Shown: one piece after another, positions 1 through 13,597 of the stretch
Position numbering within the stretch: the first letter of the stretch is position 1
Layout of the letters: every line of letters starts with the position of its first letter
Assembly (NCBI GenBank): GCA_047495785.1
Contig: JBLDXI010000001.1
Span: forward strand, 2,976,001 to 3,040,000
Direction: 5' to 3'
DNA: 64,000 nucleotides
Origin: Lepidodermella squamata
Lineage: Eukaryota; Animalia; Gastrotricha
Program-made: the position numbers and the translations under genes
Notes under the pieces: model-generated
What the model was told of the DNA's origin: nothing
The model's input: the letters and a program-made list of their open reading frames with translations, nothing else
Database searches by the model: none

Positions 1-1286
1 CTGGCGGCCGTCAACTCACGGCGAACGGGCTTTCTACGTCTGCATTGCTGGCTACGTCTTGGTCGGAAATGACTCTCTAACCTGCTCATTCGGACGATGG
101 GCCCCGTCAGGTGGGTCGCTTCCAACATGCCGCGAGTCATTCTGCGCGTATCCAGGCGCTTTGCTGAATGGCGACATCGTCATCCTTGGACGCTTTGGGC
201 TCTACGAATTCACGCCAGAGGTTAGCCGACTACGGCACGGCGAACAAATCGAGTTCGTCTGCAAGCCAGACTACCGCCTTATCGGATCACGGAAGGCTAC
301 ATGCGTTAACGGGCGCTGGTCACCCGCTTTCAAGCCTCTTTGCATTCAAAGTGAGTTTCGGAACTTTGGCGCAGTTATGAATATTTTATTTGCTGCCAGA
401 CAGCATTTACTTCCGTGATTTAGACCCGAACCCGGAACATGCAGCGGCGTGGGCTCTCGCTAGTGGCAACAACTTTTCGTTGCCATCAGTAATGAGGCGC
501 CCCGCTGCTGATGTGTCCGGGATCCAGTTGTATCGTAGTCGGCGTGACGCTGACCGCGTTACTATCTCACAGAGTAAGATCCCTTCCAATGCCCATCTCT
601 TACTTGGCTATTCTTTCATATGAACAATATCAGCTTTCATCTTTCATCTTTTCTTCAATTTTCTAAGGCAAGTCCCAACTTTCTCTATCTGCTCTATCAG
701 CGCATGCAAAAAGGCTTCCGAAATGACCGCTCACACTTTCTATAGCGCACCCTTAATATAAAACGTTTCCGAACTTTCATTTTGTGGTTCAATTGTTTCA
801 GAGAACTGCGAAGCAATACTCAGCGCTGAGTACCGGCGCGTTGAAGCTGTCAACTCTTTCAAACTCCTCGGCGAGCAAAACTCCCAGCAGTCACAGACCT
901 CACTTCACCAACAACAGTGGCTACAACGCGATCAAAAAGCCCAAGTTCAAGTGTCACTAACCGGCGCCGGAATCGACCCTGCCACAGCCGCGACCGAGAC
1001 AGTCCGCATCAATTGCCCACCTGGGCTGCGGCCCGTGCCTCCGGACGCCATAGCCACATGTATCGGTGGCAAGTGGTACCCGGCCGTGCCGTCTTGTGTT
1101 GCGATGGCTGAAACGCCGCCTAGCAGCAACACCGGGCTGAAAAAACGCGCGCATGGTGATAACAGCAATTTTTACAACGCAGCAGCTATGTACACTCGGG
1201 CAAGTCATTACGTGGATCCTTACTCGGACAATCGTGACGACGACGAGCGTATTGTTGTGCTGTCGGCTGATGATAACAGGCTGTAA
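1..1286 (+). CDS. 3' part of a multi-Sushi/CCP-domain secreted protein, LEV-9/Hasp-like (5' end lies outside the window)
   Basis: Tandem CCP repeats (CIAGYVLVGNDSLTCSFGRW..PTC; CAYPG..IEFVCKPDYRLIGSRKATCVNGRWSP..KPLC). Exons <1-350, 400-573 and 802-1286 join in frame, including an RSRR site and a final degenerate CCP (C..CPPG..CIGGKWYPAVPSC). The 'ILGRFGLYEF' insert resembles, from memory, the late CCP of LEV-9/Hasp proteins. Confidence 0.75.
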
Positions 1287-1472
1287 CGATCACGGCGGAA
1301 ATCTGTAATACGACTGATTCCTGTTAACAGTGCAATCAACGTGTTCTTTTGATATAGCTGAATGTCTTTTTTATGCCTATTTATGTGTGCCAATAATGAA
1401 TTTGATAACTACTGTTGATAAATAAAGGAAAATTTACGAACTTCAAAAGCGTCCTATGCAACGCCGAGAAAG

Positions 1473-1560
1473 AAATCCGGGAAAATTCGGTCTATAAAAC
1501 CGAGTAAAGTACCGAACCGGGTACTTTCGGGTTTTTTCGGGTTTTCTTCGGTAAAAATTG
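1473..1560. repeat. Dispersed ~90-bp repeat rich in ACCG/CGGT/CGGG (copy 1), probable transposon remnant
   Basis: aaatccgggaaaattcggt..aaaaccgagtaaagtaccgaacc..tcgggttttttcgggttttctt..taaaa aligns by eye with 26308-26400. Internally quasi-palindromic. Confidence 0.55.
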
Positions 1561-4273
1561 CAATAAGAATCATCTTGCAATGACTAGCGAAAAATTCCTT
1601 TGCGCCAGGTCGGGTCAAAGTTAATCGCCGCCGAATTCACCAGATGTTTATGACATTCACTTGTACTTGTATACAGAAAATTTTGAAACTTGACCTAATT
1701 TTCCCTTATTTTCTGCAATTCTCAAAAAATTACTCCAAGATTTTTAAGTGTAATTTTTGCCTTGAGGGCGAGATAAGACGGACATAATCCCTGACAATGT
1801 CCCGTTTACTTAGAATAGAGAGATTATGCGATGAGCCATGAGCTCGCAGAAAAACCTTTCAATCGATATGCAACATTTTATTTTTATTCACTCAATGCTT
1901 TGTTTTATATGGGGCGACAATGTGCACCATGATTTGCTTTCTCAAAAATAATTGGCGCAAAAACCAGGCCTATATGGCTCATCGATCGATTTCGAATCGT
2001 CCATCCTTCATCTCGCTGACTATCTCATTATTTCCCACAGGTGTGTATAGGGAAAAATAAAAGATGGACGCCTTTTTTACTTATCGATTCAAGTCTTAAC
2101 TATTCAACATTTTCGGTTGCGGCGATCGATTGGAAACTGTCGCAAATTGATATCAAACAACACCATCGCTAAAGCCAGGATATGTCAGAATCTATAGCTT
2201 TTGCAATATATTTCTTGCCGATTTTTTTCAGCTTCATAAAAACGCCCAGTTCCGATTTCACATATCAAAGCAGGCAATATATACGATTTATCGAGAAGTT
2301 TAAAGTGGGCATGTATCGACGCGGACATCGACATCGAACTTAGTTAAAGAGTCATTTAAAGCATGTTAATTGAATTTCGATTGTTCTTTATAGATTTATC
2401 GGAAAAGCAAGACTGCGCAATTTAATGTTTAGACGCGCTTTACATCATGTCGTGCCTAATAACGATAATTAATAATAATGCCCATTTCAACCAGACCAAG
2501 GCTTCCTAGCCGATATTCAGACTTTTTCCGCTTCATTTTTCGGACCAGCCAAAACCAGAAATTTACTAGGAACAAAATATTATTTCTCCTAACTATAACC
2601 CAACTAAAAGTCAAACAAAAATTCTTAGGCAACCGAAAGTTCAAGGGCACCTTTTGCCTGTTTCGGAACCGATTTTCAAAATTTGGTTGCCAGGCGAAGG
2701 CATGCCAACTAGAAATATTTTAAATTCCGAAAAAGGCGAAAGCTATAGGAAATAGGAATTTCGATCTTCGAATTTAATGTTGTTTCGATCTTGGCCAGGC
2801 GAGCGTTTTATTTTTCTGGAAATGCCCTAATACGAATAAAAAATTAAGGACAGTGCCTAATAATTTGGTATTTACGGTAAATTTCTGTTACATTGAAATT
2901 GAGAATCGAGTAGGGTTACAAATAAATCGCAAAATAAATGCCCGAAATTTCCGAAAGCGCATGTTTTTGGTACCCTTTTCAGTCCATTTTTAGTTCCGCA
3001 GTAGCCAAATTTACTTCCGCTAAAAGTAAAGCCCTTTTTATCAGTATTCGGCCATATACCTGGGTTGAAAGTTTCCGTTAGAAAAGCATTATTATATAGA
3101 GATAAACGAAAAATGCACCGAACACTTTGGTAAAACTAATGTATTTATGACCGGCGCATTTTTTGCGAGTGTAATTTTATATCCAACAAAAAACAGTCTG
3201 TAATATAATGTCGGGTCGCAAAAATGAGCGCTAAAAAGGCGCTTAAGACCGGCTTGGGAGGCAAAAAAATCACCAATTAAGTTGTCGCACATGTCGTCTC
3301 GTATTATTTTCTGTTTTTTTCTCTTATATTTTTCGAATCACCAGTTTCGAATCGGTCATTTGAGACGACGTGTTTCACGCTGTTAAAATTCGCACTATAT
3401 ATCGCCTCAGCTGAGTAGAATAAAGCGGAAATTGGCGCGCCCTGAGACTTGTTCATTCGCTTGGCCGGCGTGCAACAAAACAGCCGCCGGCCGTTATCAT
3501 ATCGCCGCTCATTAAATGCGCACAAGAAGTAAATAAAACAATAATTTTTCACGCTCGAACGAGCGAAACAAGTTGTATGGCGAGTCACGCATCACCAGCG
3601 TCGCAGGCGATTTATTCACAGCTATGCTAAAAGGTCCCAGTGAGACATTATAGTTGGGGAAAATGTGTCGAAAACAGCGCGAATTTCGCTGTAAGCACAA
3701 AAAAACGAGGATTTTGCGATTTTTTACACATTATTAGGGACATAGACCATTTGACTCGCCTTGATTTGCTCTTTAATTCTAGGTATAGCTCTAAATGCAT
3801 TTTTCGGAATGTTCGAAATTCGATTTCTGCTTCTTATTTATTGGTGCATGGTGATTTCTTTGCTTTATGCGCCCTTTATTATTATGAGTGTATAATATAA
3901 TACGATATTTCCCCCTGCCTCTTTTAGTTTATACGCTATATAATAATGATAAGTTGTGTGGAAAATAGCGCCCATGCGCCGGTAGCAAGAAAATATTATA
4001 CGAGCTCTTCATCACCACATTTATCGGCGGTTATTCGGTGTTCAGCCGAGCGTGTATAAATATATTGATATCGAAAAAATCCGCCGCTCTTTTATTATCA
4101 TTACACGCAACATCTGTGAGCACTGAGCGCGAAAAATACCAGCGAAAAATCGAGTGTCACAAGGCGCTGTTTCTTATCGCTTTTCTCTACTATTTTCATT
4201 TAATTTTTAGGCAAAAATATTATTATGTGTGTATATGAAAAATGCGTTATTAAATTGAGTTGATTTAGCTGTT

Positions 4274-4939
4274 ATGATGAAAATAAAGGCCGATGATTGG
4301 CGCCAACTGCAGCCGCGCCTTGTCATCATCGTCGGCAGTTATTTCTTCGTTATAATCGGATTGTTGGCGAAAACGAGCGCATCGATCCAGCAGCCGCAGC
4401 AGCCGCAGCCGGACGAAATAGCTTTCAGCAGCGGTAGTTACAGCAACTATTCGATCGTAAACAAGTCATCGACGGCCATGAGCTGTAAATGCAGTTATGG
4501 CAATAACGGCGGCAACCTAACGGCGGTCAATTCCTCGTCGAAATTGGCGCCGATTCTATTCATAAACAGCTCGTCGGTTAATAGCGGATTGGCTAATCGC
4601 AGCAACTCGTCTTTGTCATCGTCGTCATCGCTGCTCGTCTTCGATTGCCCGTGCATGGAGCCGGCGACCACGCCCGACTACTTGGCCATCATCGACACGC
4701 GCGAGCTGCCCGAGATAATACTGTGGAGCTTCCTGTCGTCCGCCATCGGCGTCATGGCCGTCGCCATCTGCCTCGGCGGCTACTACGTCAAGTACCTCAT
4801 CTACGACCGGCCCAACGACCTGGCGCGCGGCATCGGAACCGGCGGCGAGGGCGGTTCCGCACGGCCGGGCCCGAGTCGCGGCGCGGGTGGTGCGAACCCG
4901 GCGTTTCCCAAGTCGGGCAAATTGCATGCAATGACATGA
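4274..4939 (+). CDS. Single-exon type I membrane protein of unknown function (221 aa)
   Basis: N-terminal hydrophobic segment, Ser/Asn-rich ectodomain with many NxS/T sequons and 4 Cys (CKC, CPC), TM segment IILWSFLSSAIGVMAVAICLGGYY, short tail. The 3' half has strong C/G third-position bias typical of real coding sequence. Confidence 0.7.
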   Translation: MMKIKADDWRQLQPRLVIIVGSYFFVIIGLLAKTSASIQQPQQPQPDEIAFSSGSYSNYSIVNKSSTAMSCKCSYGNNGGNLTAVNSSSKLAPILFINSSSVNSGLANRSNSSLSSSSSLLVFDCPCMEPATTPDYLAIIDTRELPEIILWSFLSSAIGVMAVAICLGGYYVKYLIYDRPNDLARGIGTGGEGGSARPGPSRGAGGANPAFPKSGKLHAMT

Positions 4940-7282
4940 TGTTGAATTGTATATCGATTAGCACTTCTGCAATTTTTTCGATATATTTATTGCTCATGGA
5001 AACCTACTCGTAACTCTATGTATCCATATCTCTTCCGACACGTGGTTTTCATCGCACAAAAAAATCTCTTTTTTTTAACCTAAAAAATAGGCGTAATAAT
5101 TTTTCGAGCGATTCTGAATAATTTGCTTTTTTTAATCTGTCCGATCTTGAAAATTAAGCCTGTAGAAATCATCACTTGAATAATTCTTTCAAATTAATTC
5201 TTCAATTCGATAGGCGTTATTCGATAATAGATTTTTTACAATTTTCAGTCGTTGATTTTTGACTTGGAAATATTCAGAAATTTGTTGCGCTCTGCGCATA
5301 GCCAAATTTGAAGTTTTACAATATTTTAGTTCTCAAAATAATTTCCGATAATTACGAAAAATGATGCTTTATGATTCCCTTTATATAGGCCTCACCTCGT
5401 TAATTTGATTTTTCTTGATTTTAAGAGAACATTTGATAGTTGACATTTTTTACATGTTGAGCATGGAAAGTTTGTAAATGGGTCGCGCAATTTCGGTCCC
5501 ATATAATTTAGTCCCTTTACTTCTAGCACCTATCCTATCCTGCCTTGGTTTCTATAAATCACTGTTATCACTCCACAAGGGCAGAATCTTTGAATTATTA
5601 CAAAAACGTTCGAAATTCGGCCTTCAACGTTCAGTCCCGGTTTCTTTTGTCAGATTTCCAAGTTGAAATGAAAATCTGATGATAAATTGCAGCTTTCAGC
5701 TTTCATCTCCGTCCATCAACTTCTGGTCAGTCGGCAGAAAATGAGCGTGCGGCGATGATTAATTACCACGCCGCTTTTTTCACTGCGAAATACTATGTTA
5801 ATGTCCTGATTACGAGTGCTTTGCTAATTATACATATGACATTATTACCATTCATTCGATTATACCATATATTAAATTTTTCTTAGATGAATGATGAAAA
5901 CGTGTAAAAAGAAATGCTGCTTGCCTTTTGCGTTTATTCCTCTTGTATATATTATTTGTCATCGCATTCTGTAAACATCGCGAAAACAATGCCTTAAAAT
6001 AACTTTTGTAAAATTAATTGCCAGCAGTCGACGCGCGCGCGATATAAATAATAATGCAAAATCTCTGCGCATATCATCTCTCTCTCTCATTTTTTTCAAG
6101 AGTGTTTTTTATGTAAAAACTAAACTCTGATATGATGTGAACAAACGCTGTACGTTTTATATACGAAACTGACGTAACGCGAATTATGTGACACGGCAAG
6201 ATGCGGATACAATTTTTTTGATATGGAAATAAAAACAAACACAAATGATGTATGAAATTGTTGCCTAGTTTTTATTTTGGAGAAAATAATAATTATAGCG
6301 GGCACTCTTTCAAAGACCTTAATATACGCCAGATATATAATCCGGCTGCAGGCTTCACGTGCTGCTTTCGCCCGCCAGTGATGAAAGCTACTTTACTTGA
6401 GCGTTACACAAGCGACTTTGGGAAATAAAAAAGCACTCATATGAGAAATCAAATTAATTCCTATATTTTTGACATGTTTACCTTAGAAAGCATGAAATCG
6501 TAGTATTTCAACAAGCAAGTTCAGGTAAGTTGTTGGTCATTTGGATCTGACTTCATCAATAAAGCCTTAAACAAAATTCAAAGAAATTTGCCTTCGAACA
6601 TCCTTCGAATTCATAACATCTTATAACTCGGAATCATAAGGCTTGAATTTGAATTTTTTTTAATTTTTATCGCCGACATATTTGCACTTGATTTGGCCAA
6701 TTTCTTACCGCCAATAAAGCACTGAGACCGTGCCGATGTGCGACAAACAATGCGGGGCCCTTTTCATGTTTAGTTCACGTCAAACTGTTTTTTTTTCGAT
6801 TATATGCTATATGCACCGGTTTTATGGCCCATATACTTGTACATTGAGATTTGGGTCGGACAATTTTACCGCTGCGCCAACTCGTAAACAAGCGTAAATC
6901 CGATTTATTCAACCGCGTCAGACTTCCCGTAAAGCATCTTGTTTGACAGCTTTCTTAATTTTTTATAATCTTTCGACCGTCAAAGCAGCAAATACCTGAA
7001 ACAGCAAACGCGACAAATCAGCAAATTTCCCTTCGAACGATGATGCCTTCTTCATTTAGTAAGTTTTCGCTGGTTTGTCGCGAAATAAAAATGTGCTGTT
7101 TTGTCGCATTCGCTGTTCTGCGTAGTTGCTGTTATGTTGCCGTACTCTTCTCTGACATCCCGTTTCATCTAAAATAATTGTTATCCGAAAAATTGGGGAA
7201 AAACTTGAGTTGGGATCCACTCAATTTTAATTTCCCTTTACATTCCATATTTTTCGATCTGATTTTGGGGCTTCGGCTTATT

Positions 7283-7588
7283 CAGTCCCATTCTTGAAAG
7301 TGGGGTCGTGACCTTTTGTGGGGTCGTGGGATCGCGAAGGTCGCGTCGAGAAACACTTTCTTTTTTTTCAAAATTCACCGTAATTTCATTTCTTTTAAAG
7401 CAAGTTTAGCCCATTTTCAGAAATAATTATGGAAAAATACCATAACTTATTCGCTTGCATGCCAATACATTGCGTAAAATTTCATTATCACTTTTTCACA
7501 AAAATTTTGACTTTTTGAGAGTCATGGGTCGCGACTTCAGTTGAATGAGCAATTAAGGGTCGCGCTAAATTTTAGTCAAGAACCGCTG
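7283..7588. mobile_element. Degenerate hAT(Charlie-like) MITE
   Basis: Ends CAGtcccaTTCTTGA ... TCAAGAAccgCTG, repeated GGGTCGCG/GGGTCGTG subterminal motifs, imperfect 8-bp flanks ggcttatt / ggctaaat (6/8 match). Confidence 0.55.
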
Positions 7589-9034
7589 GGCTAAATATGG
7601 AAAATGTCGGCTGGAGTGGAAATCGAACAAATCACATATAACATCGAATTCGAGTTTTTTAGAATTTCTCAAATCAATCCATGATTATTTCCATTTATCT
7701 AGAGTCATATGGAATCCGCAGAAGCAGATTAAAAAATCGAAAAGCTTATTTTCGTAACCGATAAAATTTGTAATTATATAGTGAGCTCACAGGCCCAAAA
7801 AATATAAGAACAGTGAATTTTCCTTCTTTACCATACAGTTATATTTGTCTCCCCTTAAAAATAATTTTCCGAATATTCCATTCGCGCACTTTTTAGGCAT
7901 CATAGTCGAAGGATTTGATATTTTTCAAGTTGGGCTAATATTTACCTTAGAGTTTTGCAAAATGGTCGCAAAATTGGTATGATCACCTCAATGAGAGCGC
8001 AACATTTATTCTACCTTTAATTTAATTTTGTTCATTAATTATCATGTTTGGATGCACCTTTTTGAGATAATCAAACACTATAATAAAGGCAAAATGCGTT
8101 TTCAATTTAAAGAGCAGATTTGGTAGCGTTTGAGATAAAACGACCATTTTGTTGATGAAACAATTTTATTCACGAGGACAAGTCAAGCACAGGTGAAGAG
8201 CGAACTTAATTTCACCTGAAAAATATTGAAATGAGGCAAAAAGCGGCGCACTCTTTTTGTTGTGGCCAACACGGTTGGCTCGTTTTCACCCGGTGAATAA
8301 ACAAATACCGCAGAAAACGCTGAAACTACTGCTATTTAGGTCTTAACAAGAAAGAGACGTGCATCTGCTCAGCTGACAGGTTGGTATATACGCACTTGTA
8401 ATATATTGTTACGGATTCGGTTTTTATAAATTAAAAATAATAAAGTGAGCGCGCGCGCGGCCGCAAAAACACGTCGCGCGTGTTTTGGCGCGTCGACAAT
8501 GCATATCTCTCGAGGCTTTGAGAGCTTTTACTGTTATTACGCGTCATTATAGGCCCAGCCATATGCGCGCGCCTGCGAGATCTTTAAGGCTGCTGCCACA
8601 AGTAAATAACAACTACTTAGCGCAACAAAGGCACATCTCGACATCGTGGTGGTGAAAAAACGAGGCGCAGCGCGACTAAATTTAACCGCCGATTATTCAT
8701 CTCTCGCTATTGAGCTGAACGTTATACGCGCAGCGCCTATATTACGATTGTAAATATGTTATTTGAAAACCATCACCATTCCGCCGTGAAAATTCAGCCC
8801 CGAGTCATTTCTTTGCTCTGCCTTCCTTTCACATATATATAGCCCCGGCTTAATGTCTTTATTTTTGTAAACAAACCGAAAGTCGTCGAAAGTCAGGCTC
8901 TAGTACCAGAAAAACAACACTTCGACCCAATTTTTTTCTAGTTATTTTTGTCCGACCTTGTACACACATGAAAACAAAAATGGGACATGTCTGTCATTAT
9001 TTCGGCTAATTTTTTCTCTTATAGGGTTTTAATC

Positions 9035-12000
9035 ATGCGGAAACCCTGCGCATTGGTGACAAGTTACGTCACCTTGCTGATTATCGAAAGTGTTCGAAGT
9101 CAATTTTTGAACCAGCCCTGCTTCTCACATGCCGACTGCTCACCGCCGAATTCGTTCTGCAGCCGGTCGCAAATGGCGGCGTGGAAGGGCGTGTGTTCTT
9201 GCCTGCCCGGCTACGTCGCCACAAGTTTGCGGACGTGCTCGAAGGAGAACCGGTTCAAATTAGCGCTTTCTTCCTCATCGGCGGTGAGCGTTCTCGGGAA
9301 GTCTTGTACGCGGCATGCGGATTGCACGGCGGTGGACATCAATTCCGTGTGCCAGCAAGCTCCGCCCGTTTGCAAGGAACCTAATGCATTTTGCGCCTGT
9401 CCAACCGGATTCAAAGCTGAAAACGGGAAATGTAGAAGAGGTAAGAATCTTTCTCAGAATTTCGCAGAGAAGCTATTCTCAAAGCCTCATGATTGAGCTT
9501 ACTTAAAATCAGCAATCATCCTTCATCCTTAAGAGATAAGTAAAAAATGGAGAAATTAGTTCTTTTCGGGGTTTTGCAATGGAGTAAGGATGCCTTCCTA
9601 GTATGTATAACTTCGAACTGGGGAAATACCAGGTTCCAAAACTTATGGGACATGCTCTAGAATTGCTTTTTATTTCCAGCTGTCCATTTGGGTCAACATT
9701 GTGGCGACGGATTTGTCTGCATCGATCCGCGGACGAAATGTGACTCAGCGACGCGAAAATGCGCATGTGATGCCTCTTCAAAGGTCCACCCTACAAATTC
9801 TAGCAAATGCGTAGCCAACACTTCGAAATCTGACTTTGGCAAGCACTGCGCTGTAGATGCTGATTGTTTCGATGGTCTCGAGTGTAGCAGCGGCTTTGAA
9901 TGCACCTGCCCGCCCGGGTTCAGCTACGACCCGACTAAGAAGATCTGTATGGCAAACGAATTCGGCGATCCTTGCACTGGAGATGATGATTGCTTTGCCC
10001 TGAAATCTTCCCGGTGCGATAACAAGTCTTTAACATGCGCTTGCTCAGAAAGGGCTAATCCAACCGTGGTTAGTATCAGTGGAACCACGAAAACAGTCTG
10101 CCTTCCTGTTCCCAGTAAGTTTTGAAGAACTTCAATCATTCATTTGCTTATCGATTATTTTCCTTTTAGGGACGTCTCGGCAAATGGGAGAATCTTGCGA
10201 TGAAAATGAGGGCGAAAGTGTTTTTCGGAACTTTTGCAGACCTCCTCTCACCTGCCAAGCTTGCTCATTGGACGGAACAACAAAAGTGTGTACAATGGCT
10301 TCAGTACCCTCGGTAGACACTACTGCGAAATCTCCTACAACCGCGAAAGTTAGTATACCGAAAGTTCTACTCGACAACAAGTGTCAGAGCGATTCTGATT
10401 GCCGCGATGTGAAGAACGCGGTTTGCGACACAGTTGCACTGAAATGCACGTGTAATAAGGGTTTCATCCGCGAGGACGACGATTTATGCATTCCATTTGC
10501 GGAAGATGGCCGAAATCTTACCGTTAAACCTAGTCTGTTCTTCAAGCAAGCAAGAGGGAAAGGATCTATTGGAGCGTCTTGCCTTACCAACGACGACTGT
10601 TCTGCTGTGGCTAAAGCTATTTGCGACCCGAATAGCAACTCGCCAAAATGCATCTGCCAGAAGGGTTTATTACCAGTTTCTGGCAATTGCGTTGAAAAAT
10701 TAAGCGTGACAACTGTTGCTGGATCTAGCCTTGGGCGGAGATGCGAATATGACGACGAGTGTCAGTCAACATCAAATGCTATTTGCGACCCCGAATCGGA
10801 TCAACCAACCTGTGTTTGCGATTCAGAGTTAGGGTTCGTCCAAGAAGGTCCAACCTGTGTTAAACCCAGAATTGTCGCCGCGGCCACGACACAAGTGCCT
10901 GTCGGTGCTGTTACCGCAGCTAGACGTCAATCTGGCTCGTTGGGCGATCCATGCGAGTATGACGATGATTGCAAGATTCCCAATTCTCTATGCGACTACG
11001 AAAGCCCCAAGCCTTCCTGCGTTTGCGACTTTGAATACGTAGCTTTAGGCAGTGTCTGTGTTAAAAAAGGCGCCACCATCACCGATAGGCCTCTAGCTGT
11101 CATCACCACCGCTAGGCCTCTAGCTGTCATCACCACCGCAAGGCCACAAGCTGCCGTAACCACTGCTAAACCCTCCTCAATCAAACTTGGAAGCGCATGC
11201 CAATACGACCCAGATTGCAACAAAGCAATTCCTAATGCAATATGTCTGTCTGACGGTACCAAGAAAACTTGCTCATGCGAGTCGGGTTTCTTAGCATCGG
11301 CGGGAAGGTGCATTGGAAGAGTGATACCCGCGATGACCACGGTGAAGTCAATTGTTGCTGCAGTCACCACTGCGAAACCTGTTGCCTCAATGCTGGGGAA
11401 AGACTGCGAGTACGACGACGATTGCACAGTGACTACGCCAAACTCGTACTGCGATGATACCCTCGTCTGTGTTTGCGAAACAGATTTCGTGTCTTCAGGT
11501 GGTCAGTGTGTCAAAGCAAGCTCCGCCCTTACTACAAGAAGACCTGGAGTAACCACAGCTCAGCCGAAAGTTATCGGAAAAGCATGCGAATACGATGATG
11601 AATGCCAGGATGTCCCTAACGCGATTTGCAATGTAGCCCTACCTAAGCCAGTATGCTCTTGCAACGTTGGTTTCGACGATTTCGGGAATATGATGTGCGT
11701 GAAGAAGGGCTCAATTACTACAGCGAAACCTTCGAAAATGCTAACCTTAGATTCTGCATGCAATAGGATTACAGACTGCGCGTCTATCACAAATGGTTAT
11801 TGCGACGATGCCGGTTATTGTTCCTGCAAGATTGGCTTCATGCCATCTGGACCGATGAATTGCAGCCCTGTTAAGCAGAATCAGCCTGCAGCATTACCTC
11901 TCGGAAGTGCTTGTAAAGTTGGGGTCGACAAATGTCAAACAGCTGATGCAGCCTGCGTGAATCAAATCTGCCAATGCCCAAGTGGTTATAAGGCCGGATT

Positions 12001-12732
12001 CAAGGACGATTGCGTCGAAGTTTCCCGGAAATCTTTCATCGACCAGGCTTGCTTAGACCAGCGAGATTGCTACTATAACATGTCTTGCTCGAACTACAAA
12101 TGCAAGTGCCCATCTGGCTATAAAGCTGTTGCGAATTTCGACTGCTCCCCGCGTTTGATTGGCGACATTTGTAGCATTGATAAAGATTGTCGCTACATCA
12201 GGAATGGCGTTTGTTTACGGCAAAGATGCGGATGCGATGTTAGCTACACTCAAACATCGCCTACGGAATGCATGGAGTCTGTATGGGTCGAGCGATCGGT
12301 TCAAGATACTGGTTTGTGGATTTTTTTATCCGAAATGACTGAAATTCAACTTTTTCGTTCTTTCAGTTGTTCAATGTTACACTGATGCTGATTGCCAAGG
12401 ACCTGGCATACCTCTGCAAGCAGTGTGCGGACCGAAATTGACCTGCCAATGTCCGCCGAACAGCGTTTTGGACAGCGACGGCAGATGTCAGATTTACCCT
12501 GCGAAAGATGGTTGGTTTAGCCTGTTTGAAATCCGGATTTCAGCTTCATTATTATTCCTTTTCAGTTATTGGATGGTCTTGTACATTCACGAAAGATTGT
12601 GGACCTGGCTACACTTGCGTCAAAGACCAATGCCAGTTGGCTGGTAAACAAGTCCTCAGTTCCGCGAATACTTTGCTTCAAAACTTGTTAATCATTCCAC
12701 TCACCTCAATAGTGTTACATTATTTGCTCTAA
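9035..12732 (+). CDS. Cys-rich EB-module-like repeat protein, paralog 1 (secreted, mucin-like linkers, probable GPI anchor)
   Basis: Exons 9035-9440, 9680-10114, 10170-12311, 12367-12510, 12566-12732. Signal peptide MRKPCALVTSYVTLLIIESVRS; many (L)G..C....DC....N..C....C.C..G(F/Y)......C modules; TTAKP/TTARP linkers; hydrophobic C-terminus with no cytoplasmic tail. Confidence 0.85.
11087..11167 (+). repeat. Coding 27-bp tandem repeat x3 (RPLAVITTA, RPLAVITTA, RPQAAVTTA)
   Basis: aggcctctagctgtcatcaccaccgc(t/a) twice, followed by a diverged third copy. Confidence 0.9.
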
Positions 12733-13597
12733 AAATGCTGCTATTATTTATTCCTAAAATCAACTCGTTTTTGTACGATGACCGCTGGCTGTGAAGCGTT
12801 TGACGACTCGGATTGAAGAGCAGAAACAAACCCGTGCCACCACATTATATCTCATTGTTGTTTGAAAAGATGTATATGGCCAGCACTCACGGCCCTAAAA
12901 TTATCGTTTGTCATTGTTGCTTGAAGCAGATTATGGTTGTTGCAAATCTTTATTTGTGTCAGATTTTTCTTCTTTACTCGTCATTTATACTTATTCAGTA
13001 TTCTTTATCGCTGCGGAAGCGCTCCTTTGGAGGATAACTGCGATTGCGCAATGAGAAGGCGAGAACAATAAAACTGCTCGATCAAATAAGCTCGGCTTCC
13101 TATAAAATGGACACACTGAATTGATTTTATAAATAAGTCAATCAAACCTAAGTCAAATGGTGGATAGAAATGAAAGAGCCTACCTATAAATTGACGAAAA
13201 CGTTTAAAAAAGACCTTAAGGCAAAATGCCGCTTAAAGCTGAGAAATGACTGATGGGTAGCACGAGCCTGCCGCTGGTTTCTCTAAGCCACGTGGGCTCG
13301 TGCGTCTCTTAAGCCGCTAAGTACCGTGAAAATTAATACTCAGCATGCTGAACACCTGTACTAGAAAGAAAACAGCGCTATGACGATTAAATATTCGTTA
13401 AAAGCTGGGCGCTGAGGCGGGGATTGAATTGCAACAAATAATTGTGATGTGGGCCTGGAGTTAAAAATAGAAGAAACAGTAAATTACAAAATCCCTTCAG
13501 CTTGAAAAGAAATCCTCGGCAGATCAGACCTACGCATGCATTCGGGTTTCATTTAATAGTATAACACTTCGTTATTGTTACTTTGAATCCCTGTGAA

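Noticed and set aside
2846-2879. Possible Tc1/pogo-type right end (...ggtatttacggta)
   Set aside because: No matching left TIR found.
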